Source: Takakia lepidozioides (Eukaryota > Plantae > Bryophyta). Taken from it: a stretch of 64,000 nt of DNA. Below, in pieces: positions 35,458-48,230 of this stretch. Under the pieces are notes generated by a model. The model was given only the letters and a program-made list of their open reading frames with translations, did no database searches and was not told the origin of the DNA. The stretch is taken from assembly GCA_030704615.1 (NCBI GenBank), contig JAKLZA010000356.1, positions 1 through 64,000 on the forward strand, written 5' to 3'. Every line of letters begins with the position of its first letter. Positions within the stretch are counted from its first letter, which is position 1. Made by a program: the position numbers and the translations under genes.

Positions 35458-37580
35458 CCTTTCTTCTGCAACCATAGAACCAAATCCCCCGTCTTAAAAG
35501 TTTTTAACTTGCCTTCATCAAACTGTTCCTTTCGCTTCATCTGAATTTTGGTCATATTATCAGCTGCATCAGCACGTACTTCTTCCACATGGTATAATTC
35601 ATGTTTCCTGACCTTGATGGAGTCTTGCAATTCTATTCTTTTTCCCCACTCCGTTCTCATGGTAGGTAACAGGAATTCCACTGGAAGTAAGGCTTCCATA
35701 CCATAAACTAATTGGAATGGTGTATACTTAGTGGTGACTTTATATGAAGTCCTGTTTGACCACAAAGCTGTCAGCAGCTTTGTATCCCAATCCGTTCTGT
35801 TTGCATTGACTATCTTAGCCAAGATAGTACATAGTATTTTGTTGGTAGCCTCTGCCTGCCCATTACCCTGTGGGTAATATGTTGTACTCTTTCTATGCAC
35901 AATCATAAACTCTTTAGTCAACAACTCAATGGTCTCATTCATGAAGTGACTTCCCTGATCACTGATAAATTCTAAGGGACAGCCAAATCGTGTAAGTATG
36001 TTCTCGTACAGGAACCTTGCTGTGGACTTGGCTGTGTTGTCCCTCAAAGCTTTAGCTTCCACCCACTTTGTAGTATAATCAGTGGCTGTAATTATGTACC
36101 TGTTTCGTGTATTTTTGGATGGTGGGTTAATTGGTCCAACAAAGTCTAGTCCCCATTTCTGAAATGGTTCCGTAGGCATTGTAGGATGCAAGGCCATCCT
36201 TCCAGATCTCTGCAAAGGTCCTAGCCTCTGACATTCATCACACTTCTGACAATACTCGTGTACATCTTTGAACAAAGTAGGCCACCAGTATCCTGCGAGT
36301 AGTATCTTTCTACTGGTAGTCTCTTCTCCAAAATGACCTCCAGCCACTCCTTTATGAACTTCCGCCAAAACTTTATTTACTTCATGGTGGTACAAGCATC
36401 GTTTTAGTACTCCATCAGGTCTTAACTTATACATTCTGCTTCCTACCATAGTATAAGGTAAAGCTTTGATAGCGATTCTCTTCCTCTGCTCCTTACCATA
36501 ACTAGGTGGGCACTGACCATGAGCAAGGTAGTATCTGATTGGCCACTGCCAATCTAACCAGTCATCTGCACTTCCCTGCACCTCCACTGCAAAGAGACTC
36601 GCATCTGGTAATTGATCATCTATTCCTGTGGCTGGTTCTCCTGTTGACAATCGTGACAAATGATCCGCCACAAGATGCAGTCTCCCAGGCTTGTAAACAA
36701 CCTCGAACTCAAACTCGTGCAAGATTATCAACCATCTTGCTATTCTTCCGCTTATCAAAGGTTTGTTTACCAGGTATATCAGAGCCTGGTGATCCACATA
36801 GAACATAAACTTCTTGCCCAACAGGTAATGCCTGAATTTCTTCACTGCATAGATCATTGCCATCTTTCTGTTGTGCTATAGTTCCTTTCAGCACTGTTCA
36901 TCAACCGGCTAGCATAGTACACACGTGAATCTATATTCCCTGTAACATTCTGGGCTAACACCGCTCCCAACGCTTCTCCTGATGCATCGCAGTGAACATG
37001 GAATACTACATGCCAGTGAGGGTTAATCAGCACAGGTGTAGTTGTTACTGACAGTGTAAGTTCCTCAAATGTCTGTTGACATTCAGCTGTCCAGGCAAAC
37101 ACTGCATCTTTCTTCAGTAGTTTGCTCAATGGTGCTGCTATTTGTGCATACCTTTTGACAAATCTCCTGTAATAACTGGTTTGCCCAAGGAATCTCCGTA
37201 GACTTTTAACATTCACTGGTGGTGGAGAGGCTTTAATGGACTCTGTCTTTCTGGGATCCACAAGGAGTCCCTTCTTACACACAATGTGTCCCAGAAGCAC
37301 CCCTGAGTTCACACAGAAAGTACACTTCTCTGGATTCAGGCCCAGACCTCTCATCCTGCATCTGGCCAAACATAACTCCAATTTATGCAAGTGCTCACTC
37401 TTAGAGCTGTACACACTGAAATCATCCAAGAATACCTGCATGAAATCATCCAAATACTCATGAAAAGATTCACTTATCACTCTCTGAAAGGTCGCTGGTG
37501 CATTACAAAGTCCAAAGGGCATGACTTTGTATGCATAAGCCCCCCAGTCTGTGATGAAAGCTGTTTTCCCTTGGTCTTCT
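35458..37580 (-). pseudogene. pol: Host Gypsy pol fragment, duplicate
   Basis: Near-identical to 15159-17280. Confidence 0.92.
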
Positions 37581-37962
37581 TCTAGGGGTTGAGACTTGAC
37601 CCTATGTTTGTGAGTGCCTTGAGCGCATGCTTGCCCATAGTGAGCAAGATTTTTGTCGCTAAACAAGGAGAAGCAAACATAAAAAAGCTTACGGTTGGAG
37701 CGAAAAGTGCCTCATTCTTCAATTAGAGAACCTTATCTCGTGAGGGCGGGAGTCCTTGCATAAGACATAATAGTCTTATAGCATCCCTTTAGGCACGATA
37801 GGCGCACTTTGTATGCATTTGTCTTGGTTTCCATTGCATTTGTATTTGGGTCCTAACCGGCCCCCCTTAAAATTTACTGTGTCTTTTTCCAGTATTTTTT
37901 TTTACTTTTTGTTACCTTTGCAAGCCTTTGTTGACCACCCTAAACCCTAAACTCTTTTTTCC

Positions 37963-39021
37963 ATGGCGGAACTAGCAGGTAACAAACGTCCATGTCCTAG
38001 CTTAGGCGTCGGCCCTTCTCATGCATCCGCGTCTTCTTCTTCTAGCATGGATATCTCCATTCCTCCCCCTTTGCTTGCATTTGTGCATACATCGGTCAAG
38101 GAATTCAAAAGTCTTAGGCATGAGCATGAAAAGACTTCCAAGTACCTTCAGAAATTGCAAGTGCAATTCGAAGAAGGCACCATACCCAACTCCCTTAGAA
38201 TGAGTCCTCCTAAACTTCAAATAGGAGATCCCGAGGCCCAATCCGTCCTTGATGCGAGCCTGGCCGAATGCACAACCGCATATCGGATCAAGTGCTTTGA
38301 AGCACTCATCAAAGCCCAAGAATCTCGACTTGCTAGCTTGACCCACAAGCTCGAGCAATCGAAACCGGTCTTTGAGACTCGCCTCTCGGATTTGATTTCG
38401 CCTTTACGATCCTTAAATTTGATAGGTGACAAGTCTAAGTCTTCCATCGAGTCGTGGCATCTTCATCTTAGCAATCTCTTTGTTACTCATGTAGATGCAT
38501 TTCTCATTCACAAACAACTTTCCGACGTCAGCAAGGCCGCGGCTATCGCCGCTCGCAACGTTGCTCGGGAAGGTGCTATGGAAGAAGCGGAGACCCTCCC
38601 TGTGGAACCGTCCATTGCTACCCTCGTGAAACGCGAGGTGGTCAAGGAAGTACTCAAGGAGGTGAAGAAGGTGGTGAATTCCATCCAGGTGAAACCTAAG
38701 GCCCAGAAGCTTGGGACCAAACCGGCTAGTAAGCCTAAGGCGAATCCTGGCGGAAAGTCGGGAAACGGCAAGCAGCAGAAAGGTATCCGGGTCTCCACCC
38801 GTTCTGCTGCGTCACCTACCTCTTTCAACAAGAGGTCAGGCCCGAACCGCACAACCGGTTCTGGTACGGGAGGCCGAAAACCTTCAGCGAGGGTCAACGG
38901 AAAACCGGCCACGACGAAGGGTGCGACGACGACGACGACGAAGACGAAGACGAAGCGGCCATACGTACCTCCTCACAGACGCGGGGGCGCACGAGGAGTC
39001 TCTTCTGGTACCCGCTCGTAG
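37963..39021 (+). CDS. PLE ORF1 (copy 5)
   Basis: 352-aa ORF; slippery site 38760-38766. Confidence 0.8.
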   Translation: MAELAGNKRPCPSLGVGPSHASASSSSSMDISIPPPLLAFVHTSVKEFKSLRHEHEKTSKYLQKLQVQFEEGTIPNSLRMSPPKLQIGDPEAQSVLDASLAECTTAYRIKCFEALIKAQESRLASLTHKLEQSKPVFETRLSDLISPLRSLNLIGDKSKSSIESWHLHLSNLFVTHVDAFLIHKQLSDVSKAAAIAARNVAREGAMEEAETLPVEPSIATLVKREVVKEVLKEVKKVVNSIQVKPKAQKLGTKPASKPKANPGGKSGNGKQQKGIRVSTRSAASPTSFNKRSGPNRTTGSGTGGRKPSARVNGKPATTKGATTTTTKTKTKRPYVPPHRRGGARGVSSGTRS

Positions 39022-39038
39022 ACCCGAAGGCTTACGCT

Positions 39039-40876
39039 TTGTTGCTCTTTGCTAGGAAGACTCCCTCCCAAGTGGAATGCAGGGTCACCAACACTGCTAT
39101 CCACAACTATAGCAAGAGGGTTCTCTCCTTTGCGGAGCGACAACTCCTGGGCCTTGGTCTCAATTACATTCCTCGTCCTCTTCCCCCTTCCCGATCTTCA
39201 ATCATCACCGAATTCAACAATTTTGCTCGAAGCTTGAGGTTGCGAACGTCCTTCTCCGGCAAAGACAACGACGAGGTTCCTCTTTGGCGCGTTCCGAATC
39301 CATCATTCAATCCGCCAGTGGAATCTCAACCGCTCGAGGCCATCATTCGAGAAGGTAATGATCTTTTGTCTAGCCGTTTGGATCGAATCGCCCGCAATGC
39401 ACGACCTTGTCTGCCGAGACACTTGAGACTTGCTCTCAAAAGATTGAGGTCGGATCCGGACCTTGTCATCAAGCCGGCCGACAAAAATCTTGGTCTTGTG
39501 CTTATGGACAAGTCTTGGCACATGCAAGAGGCGATGCGGCAACTCTCAGACACCGAAGTTTATCGTCCCGTGGATTCCGTACCGTGGGAAGAACTTTGGT
39601 CGAGGTTGGAGGTGCTGGCTTGCCATCCAATCTACAGGTTTGCGATCTCCACCAAAGAATGGAATTACATCCGCCAACGCCCTCGGTCGTCCACGGACTT
39701 TCGAGCTTGTGCTTTGTACTTCATTCCGAAGGTGCACAAACCCGTGCTTGTTGGAAGACCCATTTGTTCCTACAAGAACTACATCTTCGAGCATGCTTCA
39801 ATTTGGCTCCATCACCAACTCCTTCCGGTACTTCTCAAGGAACCCACTCATTTGGTTGATTCTCTCACGCTTCTTCGAGAGGTTTCCCAACTCGAGGTCC
39901 CCTCGCATGCTCTTCTTTTTACGTTTGACGTGGAATCTCTATATCCCAGCATCATCACCGAGCTCGGCTTGTATGAGCTCGAATGTGCTATTGGAGGTAA
40001 TTTCACCAAACACAAAAAAGACCTGATCATGACCCTCGCTGGATTAGTCTTGAAACACCATTACCTTGAGTTCAATGGTAGTTTTTGGCACCAAATTCGC
40101 GGGACGGCCATGGGGAGCAACTTTGCAGTTGTTTACGCTTGTTTGTTCCTCTGTCGGTTGGAGATGTACATGGAGTACGTGTGCCCATCGGAGCAAGAGC
40201 TGCTTTATCTTAAGCGCTATATCGACGACGGCTTTGGCATCTGGGTAGGCTCCGAAAAGAGCCTCCGGTCCTGGTTACGGAACTACGGTTCCATGTTCGA
40301 TGGCATCAAAATCACGACCGCCATAAGCTCGACGTCCGCCGACATCTTGGATATCACCTTCCTCAAAGGAGACGACTTCATCCAAACTCGACGGCTCTCT
40401 ACGAGATGTCATCAAAAGGCCCAGAACAAGTATCAATACTTGCCTTGGTCCTCGTGGCATCCACATCACCAAAAGAAAGCTTTCGTCATCGGCGAGCTCC
40501 AACGGTACGTAATACGAGAAAGCACCATCCAAGGGTTCAACCATTTGCGACTTTTGTTTTACAAACGTCTTCGAGCCCGAGGTTATCCGGCGGCGTTCAT
40601 CCGGAGTTGCTTCACCAAGATCTCCTACGACCTCAGATCCGCTCTACTCGACCAACAGACGCAACGCGCAGTTGAGGGTAAACGGGCCCCCCTTGTTCTT
40701 AAGCTCGACTACTCTTCGTACACTCGAGCCTTGAACTTGGGGCCACCCTAAACCCTAGACTCCACGAGTTGCTTCAGCAAGTCCCGGAGCTTCGGTTTCT
40801 TCCTCGAGCGATGATTTGTTGGAGGAATCCGCGAAAGCTGAGTTCATTCCTAGTTAAATCTAGAATGATAGGATGA
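39039..40876 (+). pseudogene. PLE RT (copy 5), one G missing near 40740
   Basis: Identical motifs; homopolymer indel near C-terminus. Confidence 0.85.
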
Positions 40877-41126
40877 TTTTGTAGTGCAAATGTCCCTAGC
40901 ATTATTAATTTTGCCTCTTTGATAGCCCTAGTGTTGATGTTAAAGTCAAAGGGTTCCAACAATTAATTTGGACCATTGACTAATTAATGCAGTCTTGACT
41001 TGGAGGCTAAATTAGTGCTTTAGTGGCATTATTATTGCCTTGGGAATTATCCCATATCGTTTGCACATAGTGAGGGTGCTTTTCTAGTATATAAGGATAG
41101 GCTTGGCTCTTAGGACTTCATCTCTT

Positions 41127-41182
41127 GGCGTTCCACTGGTGAGCTTGAGCAATCAAGCGAAACTTGTTTGGAATAAAACACC
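41127..41182 (+). ncRNA. Hammerhead ribozyme (PLE-5) with core mutation CTGGTGA, probably inactive
   Basis: A to G change in the CUGAUGA box. Confidence 0.75.
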
Positions 41183-41324
41183 TTAACTCTTTTTGTGTCT
41201 CCACATTTAGAGAAGTCGAGAGTCTAGTCCTTGCCCGCCCGGGCAACTTGAAGGGAAAATTGCACTTTTGACAGTTGTGCTCATGATATTTTGTCTTCCG
41301 CTCATGCCAATTCCTAGCGACATG

Positions 41325-41700
41325 TGCAAATATGGCGCCGAATTTCGCGGTAATAGGGTCCGTAACCTGAAAAAACGGCGACGTATTTCGCGGCAATAGG
41401 TCTCTCTGGCGAAAAATGGTGCCGAATTCCGCGGCTATAGGTCCCCTCATGACAGGTAATTCGGCGCCATTTTTCCAGTGCATGTTCGGACTTAGCCAGT
41501 TTTCGGCCCAAAAAAGAGAAATTCGGCGCCATTTTTCCAGACACGGTACCAGTGCATGTTGGGACTTAGCCAGTTTTCGGCCCCAAAAAGAGAAATTCGG
41601 CGCCATTTTCCCAAACACAGGTACCAGTGCATGTTGGGACTTAGCGAGTTTTCGGCCCAAAAAGAGAAATTCGGCGCCATTTTTCCAGAAATGGCCCCAG
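41325..41700. repeat. Left subterminal array of AATTCGGCGCC motifs (62-74-bp units)
   Basis: GGCGCC at 41334, 41463, 41525, 41599, 41673. Confidence 0.9.
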
Positions 41701-41844
41701 AACTGCTTCTGTTGGATCTCAGTTTGAATGGAATATTGCCTCATTCCAGGAGTTTTGGGGTGCATTTCATTACACTGCAAAAAATAAGTCTGATACAGCA
41801 AAATGCATTTGAAAATATCCATATGGAGGATTCCGTTTGCCCCA

Positions 41845-44800
41845 TCAATGATTTCTGGAATCCCTAAGAAGGAGTTTGTGCAGCTCGTTCACGCTCAACG
41901 CCGGTGCATGAATAAAGTCATCAATAGTCACGTTCATCCTCAACCTCTTCAGGTAAATGTAATACAGATGCTTGCACGGATAATACTTCGAACCCTTCTT
42001 TGCTTCCATCAACGAGAAGTCCGTACAGTTGCAAGTCGGCTCCACTCCAATCGTAATTGTGTATACATCGTCGCGTACAGCCGAGCCGGCCGTTGCCATC
42101 CGATACACACGCCCAAGGCCGGGTGGGGGTACGTCCACGGAGCTCTGAATAGTGCAAGCCATCCCAAGAGCATTGGCAATCCGAGTCTCATTCAACTTGT
42201 TGGGAGGGTGTCGTCTCTTCACTCTTCCGAATCGCATTGTGGGATGTGCAGAATTGTCCAATCCGTCTCTACTGGACCGAGCAGTATGCAATGGCTGGGT
42301 CTGAGGAACCGGAAATGCGTGGGCCGGGATGTCTGTGCGTTGCACCATTCGAAATCCTGCTGCAGATAGAGCATCCGCCTCATTCTGAGAGAGGCTGCAA
42401 CCCGGTGCAACAGGCCAGACGCCCGGAGGCTCCGGCATTCCCTGAATCCCGTACTTGGGCTTGCCAAATACACAGGTCATTATGTCGTGCCTACAGAACC
42501 AAAATGTCTGCGTTGTGGCGTGAGCAAATGTGGGAGTCAAAAATCTGCCGCTGAAACAAGGTGCAGGTACAGCACCGTGTGGGTTCCTCCGAATCATCTC
42601 ACCACAGCGTGCTCTCGTATCCACCCGGATGGCGCAACACTTCCCTCGAAATGCCGGCAATGTCCTCGCAATTCTCCACTGTGACTCCGACACTCTTGTC
42701 TCCACAATGGGAATGTTGTATTGCTTTACTACAGATGGCTCGTTATGTTGCCGGGGCACGCGCCCTGTGCTCAAAGGAGATGGCGATCTTGAACGTGCAG
42801 GACTTCCGGTGCTCGACGAGACCTCCTCGGACAACATCACCGGACCACGAGGGAGCGTGCGAATATTCTTGTCAGCTCGCCATGAATCCTCTTCTCCGCC
42901 AGGTGCCTCGTCAAGTCTTCGTCTCACTGGACGGGTATGAACATCTCCTTCCAAATGTTGGCCTCTTCGCAGCAATGGCGTGTCCCGAAGGCCCTCTCGC
43001 AAGGCCGCCGCCCACTTCCGAGGATTCTTCGATCTGGAGGCAGTCCGCATCAGCATTTCCTGCCTGTCCGGCCCCAAGCCCCACTGTTTCCCTTTCAAGA
43101 ACTCGTTGTACCTGCATTGCTGCATAATTGACCTCACAATGTCCTCCGTTGTGGCAGTGAGGATGTCCACCAGATGCGCCGCAGAGGAGGCACGCCAGGA
43201 AGAGTGCACTGATTCGGCCATGTTTGTCGTGGGCATGTCGGTGTCGGAGTCGAGACACATTTCCTGCACAAGCACATGTTGAGGTTACAAGCAAGTTACA
43301 AATATGGCCAAGAATAATATCCAACGGGACGCGAATTCGTGCAACTCACCTCCCGCATATAGTCGCCGAACTGGAGGAAACGATAATGCCACCATGCTAG
43401 CCAACTGACCATTGCTCCTTCGTCTGATTTCCTTACAGCACCTGACGATGTCCACCAAGCCCGTATGCATGCAAACTGTGTCTCTGCATCATCCAAGGTG
43501 GGAGCGCGCTTCCACGCAAGGCACATGGAACGGTGCTCCTCTCTGAAATCTGGCGCCACGAGCCTGGTTGTGTACTGCGAAAGGCTCTGCAGAAAGTGGA
43601 ACCCACAAGATCTCTCCTTGCCTTCCATGGGAACATTGGGGTCTTGCCCGTACACCCTTCGGATGGCAGCCCAATTTGCTTGTGCGTTGTCCGCCATGAA
43701 ACCACGGAAATTGAGAGGGGGCAATCCCGCCTTGGCCATCTGTTCGTTTATTCCCTGCCAAAGAAGCATCTCCGATTGTGTGTCCTCTCCTTTCATCTCA
43801 CAAATAGCAATTGTCATTAGCATCCTGCAGTGGGTGTCGTAGACATGTGCACCCATTGTCACCCACTGGTGATTTGTAATTCGCTTGATATGGTCGAACA
43901 TGACCCAACTGTTTGACAAGTTCCCACTCGTCATCCTGTCGACCAGTTCGACGCCACTGCCAGGTCCACACGTGGACATTTTGAATACGAAACAACGATC
44001 TGCCTCAGTCCCTTGTCCTGGAAACCTACTTCCATGAATGTAGTCATATCCACATCGTCGCTTCACCTCCAGAATGGAGTGCATATCCGAGCCACGCCCA
44101 ATTTTCTGTTTGCAAGAGACAATGTGGTTTCGGACATTCGGTGAACATACGTGGGACACCGACTCGAGCAATGCCTCCATTTCCTTCTCGTCGAGAGGAA
44201 CTCTATCCGAGCCGTCTTCCGACATAATTCTGGCCAATGCCATCTTATGGGCGGCTTGGAGCTGTATCTGTTTGGGTTTGGCACCCGGTCTCAACTTAAC
44301 CTCCTCCTGAACGAGCTGCTCTGCTTCGTGGGCAGCCTCCCGCGAGTTCCCCCTCGCCAATTTGTGACAATGGGAACCAACGTGTATGCAAGCTCGGGTG
44401 AGGTCAGGGAAACGGTGCAACACATAGAACTGCTTGGCATTACAAACAGACATGCAGTGTGGTGGTTCTTTGCAATGCGCACACTTAAATGTGGAGTTCG
44501 GAACCTTCTCCTGAGCTCGAAATGGTTGGTGAGCTGTGCCTGTCCAATCGGTCTCGTTCCTGTGACCTCTGGATTTAAAGTGGAAGCAAGTTGGGGAGAA
44601 ACACCGCAACGCGCCCGCACAAACAACGTAGCGCACCCGCACACCATCAAGCATCTTCATGCTGGTGGTTTTGGTAACGCACCAAGGATGACCGTCATGT
44701 TTTCTATCCATATCTGTCAACATTCCGGACGCCCTCGAGTAGTCCGCCCGAGGAGGGAACTCAAAGAAGACATTACCGTCGACGTCGGCGGGAAGGCATG

Positions 44801-45436
44801 TAACCGATTTAATTGCGAACTTGCTGTAGTCCAGCCCGGCCAGCTCCGACCGGTGTCCCTCCAGGTGAAGCCCTCGCAAATTTCTAGAATAGATCGAACT
44901 GCGGTGCTCGTGCTGGGAATATGACTCCCTCCTCCACTGACGTCCATTGAGGACTTGCCTGATCTCCAGGACGACCTCGGAACTTCCATGACCTCGTCTG
45001 AGTCGGACAGGTTGTGAACAACCCGGTTCTCGGTCGTCTTCATGGATGGGTTCGGCTCTGGATTTACTTCGTTGCGGACTTCTCTCTTTGAGGTACCCAC
45101 TCTCTGATTCGCGGATTGTTTCGTGGAAGGCGCCAGGATAGACGGTGCATTTGGCGGGCAAATGAAGTCCCCAACAGCCCTGTATATGACGCTGTCCGAT
45201 GGTGGAACTCGCCATTCCCTGCCATCGCCGAAATCATCGTGGAGCACAACAATACTCTCGACAACAAGGCCGTTTGAGTCCTTCCTTTCCTCCTCCAAAA
45301 AAACCGACCCCGGTTTCAGGTGGTATCGAACGCACAGATATTTCTCCATCACCCGGCAGGTGTCCCCTCTGCACGGAAATGAAGCTCTATGCTCGTGAGG
45401 AGGGCAGTACACTGTAGCGCTCGGGTTTTCCGCCAT
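41845..45436 (-). CDS. MULE-family transposase: GCM/WRKY-like Zn domain, DDE core, C-terminal SWIM finger (intron 43349-43264; frameshift near 44880)
   Basis: VMFD, FMAD, CGFH, TTNMAES; CNCTDF..CKH SWIM; GTGAGT donor and TGCAG acceptor join the ORFs in frame. Confidence 0.8.
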
Positions 45437-45734
45437 GGGAGATGTGCACACAAGACTGCCAGGATGGCGTGCGGGGAAGCTCCCTGGTAGAAGGGGGTGC
45501 AGCGATGGGAATGAATGCGATGCCGATTTGTCCGAGCGACGAAGCCTGATCCAAATCCAGGGAGCCAACTATCTCAAAAATCCACAGTCAGAGTGTTAAT
45601 GAACCTTGTCTCCGGAATGCGGCCCCTCGTCTTTGCGCAATAACTGCCAACGGTATGCAGTCAGAAAGTGGGGGGCCGTCCGGATGATGACGGCTGAAGG
45701 GGATAAGCCGGCACCGTGCCGTCACATTACTACC

Positions 45735-48000
45735 CCCGAATGGAAATTCGGCACCCAACATCCAACAGAGGAAGCCCGGATGAAGTCGCCTCGGGCGCAG
45801 AGGCCGGAGTGTGTGCGACAGATAACATCTTCTGGATGGAGATTCGGCGCCGAATTTCCATCCGGTCCCCCCAAAGGGAGTCGTGTCGGGGGGTCAGGCC
45901 GAAAACTGGACGGCATAAAAACATCCCCAGATGGAAAAACGGCGCCGAATTTCCATCCGGGGCGATTCGGATGCAGTCGGGGAGGGGGGAGTGGCCTGCA
46001 GTTGGCTGTCACATTTCAACCCCCGGACGGAAATTCGGCAACGAATATCGAACAGGGGACGCCCGGATGAAGTCGCCTGGGGCACAGAGGCCGGCCAGTG
46101 TGCGACAGAGAACATCCCCTGGACGGCCATTCGGCGCCGAATTTCCATCCGGGCCCCCCAAAGGAAGTGTTGTCGGCGTGTCAGAGCGAAAACTGGCCGA
46201 CATAAAAACCTCCACAGATGAGAAAACGGCGCCGAATTTCAATTCGGGGCCGTTCCAATGAAGTCGGGGAGGGGGGAGAGGTCGGAACCTGGCAGTCATA
46301 TTTCAACCCCCGGGACGGAAATTCGGCACCGAATATCCAACAGAGCGGCGGAGAGGCGGCACCTCTCCGACAGAGACCATCCCCCGGATGGAGATTCGGC
46401 GCCGAATTTCCATCCAGCAGGTAAGTGGAATCTCGGATGGATGGAGATTCGGCGCCGAATTTCCATCCAGCAGGTAAGTCGGATCGGTGCCATATGGATA
46501 TTCGGCGCCGAATTTCCATCCTGCAGGTAATTCGAATCGTGGATGAATGGAAATTCGGCGCCGAATTTCCATCCAGCAGGTAAGTCGGATCGGTGCCATA
46601 TGGATATTCGGCGCCGAATTTCCATCCTGCAGGTAATTCGAATCGTGGATGAATGGAAATTCGGCGCCGAATTTCCATCCAGCAGGTAAGTCGGATCGGT
46701 GCCATATGGATATTCGGCGCCGAATTTCCATCCTGCAGGTAATTCGAATCGTGGATGAATGGAAATTCGGCGCCGAATTTCCATCCAGCAGGTAAGTCGG
46801 ATCGGTGCCATATGGATATTCGGCGCCGAATTTCCATCCTGCAGGTAATTCGAATCGTGGATGAATGGAAATTCGGCGCCGAATTTCCATCCAGCAGGTA
46901 AGTCGGATCAGTGCCGTATGGATATTCGGCGCCGGATTTCCACTCGCCATTTATTTCTGAGCGAGGAATTACCTTCGTGCAGGTAATTCCCATATAAGAA
47001 TTACCTTCGTGCAGGTAATTCGCATACAAGAATTACCTTTGTGCAGGTAATTTCCAGATGACAATTACCTTCCTGCAGGTAATTCCAATCGATGTTTATT
47101 CCTCGTCCAGAATTACCTGCACAAAGGTAATTCTCATCTGGAAATTACCTGCATGAAGGTAATTCTTGTATGTGAATTACCTGCACGAAGGTAATTCTTA
47201 TATGGGAATTACCTGCACGGAGGTAATTCCTCGCTCAGAAATAAATGGCGAATCGAAATTCGGCGCCGAATATCCATATGGCACCGATCCGACTTACCTG
47301 CAGGATGGAAATTCGGCGCCGAATTACCTGCTTGAAGGAAATTTGGCGAACCGCCCTACCTGCGCGGATGGAAATTCGGCGCCGGATTTCCATCCGCGCG
47401 CATCCGAATTACCTGCTTGAAGGAAATTTGGCGCACCGCCATCCTACGCGGATGGAAATTCGGCGCCGGATTTCCATCGCGCGCATCCGAATTACCTGCG
47501 CGGATGGAAATTCGGCGCCGGATTTCCATCCGGACGCATCCGAATTACCTGCGCGGATGGAAATTCGGCGCCGGATTTCCATCCGCGCGCATCCGAATTA
47601 CCTGCTTGAAGGAAATTTGGCGCACCGCCCTACCTGCGCGGATGGAAATTCGGCGCCGGATTTCCATCCGCGCGCATCCGAATTACCTGCTTGAAGGAAA
47701 TTTGGCGCACCGCCCTACCTGCGCGGATGGAAATTCGGCGCCGGATTTCCATCCGCGCGCATCCGAATTACCTGCTTGAAGGAAATTTGGCGCACCGCCA
47801 TCCTACGCGGATGGAAATTCGGCGCCGGATTTCCATCCGCGCGCATCCGAATTACCTGCGCGGATGGAATTTCGGCGCCGGATTTCCATCCGCGCGCATC
47901 CGAATTACCTGCTTGAAGGAAATTTGGCGAACCGCCCTACCTGCGCGGATGGAAATTCGGCGCCGGATTTCCATCCGCGCGCTTCCGAATTACCTGCGTG
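45735..48000. repeat. Intergenic arrays of the palindrome ATGGAAATTCGGCGCCGAATTTCCAT and variants
   Basis: 26 GGCGCC cores; exact 53-bp period from 46398 to 46928. Confidence 0.95.
46875..47320. repeat. Large inverted repeat centred near 47097 with AATTACCT-N6-AGGTAATT units at 32-bp period
   Basis: Mirror-image translations starting at 47029(-) and 47166(+). Confidence 0.9.
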
Positions 48001-48230
48001 AGGGAAATTCCGGGACTGTTTTCGTCTATTTTCTTCCGACATGGAGGGCTTCATCCGACATTTAATTGCGCAGTTGGGCAATAAATGTCGACGGCCGTCG
48101 CTTATTATTCGGGCTGGCGACGCATGGCTTCCTGGACACGTACCCTAAATCTCATGCTATACTTGGCTTAACATGGTATTCCAGGCATGTACCCCAAAAA
48201 AGGAGATCTTTTTGGCTGGGACTTATGCCG

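Larger units (their letters stand above)
37582..41250 (+). mobile_element. Penelope-like element copy 5, left part (interrupted by MULE)
   Basis: Pseudo-LTR, ORF1, RT, 3' UTR up to GCAACTTG. Confidence 0.9.

Noticed and set aside
46181-48065. CRISPR-like array or coding ORFs in the palindromic repeats
   Set aside because: The intervening sequences are themselves repeated, there are no cas genes and the context is eukaryotic; the ORFs are repeat translations.
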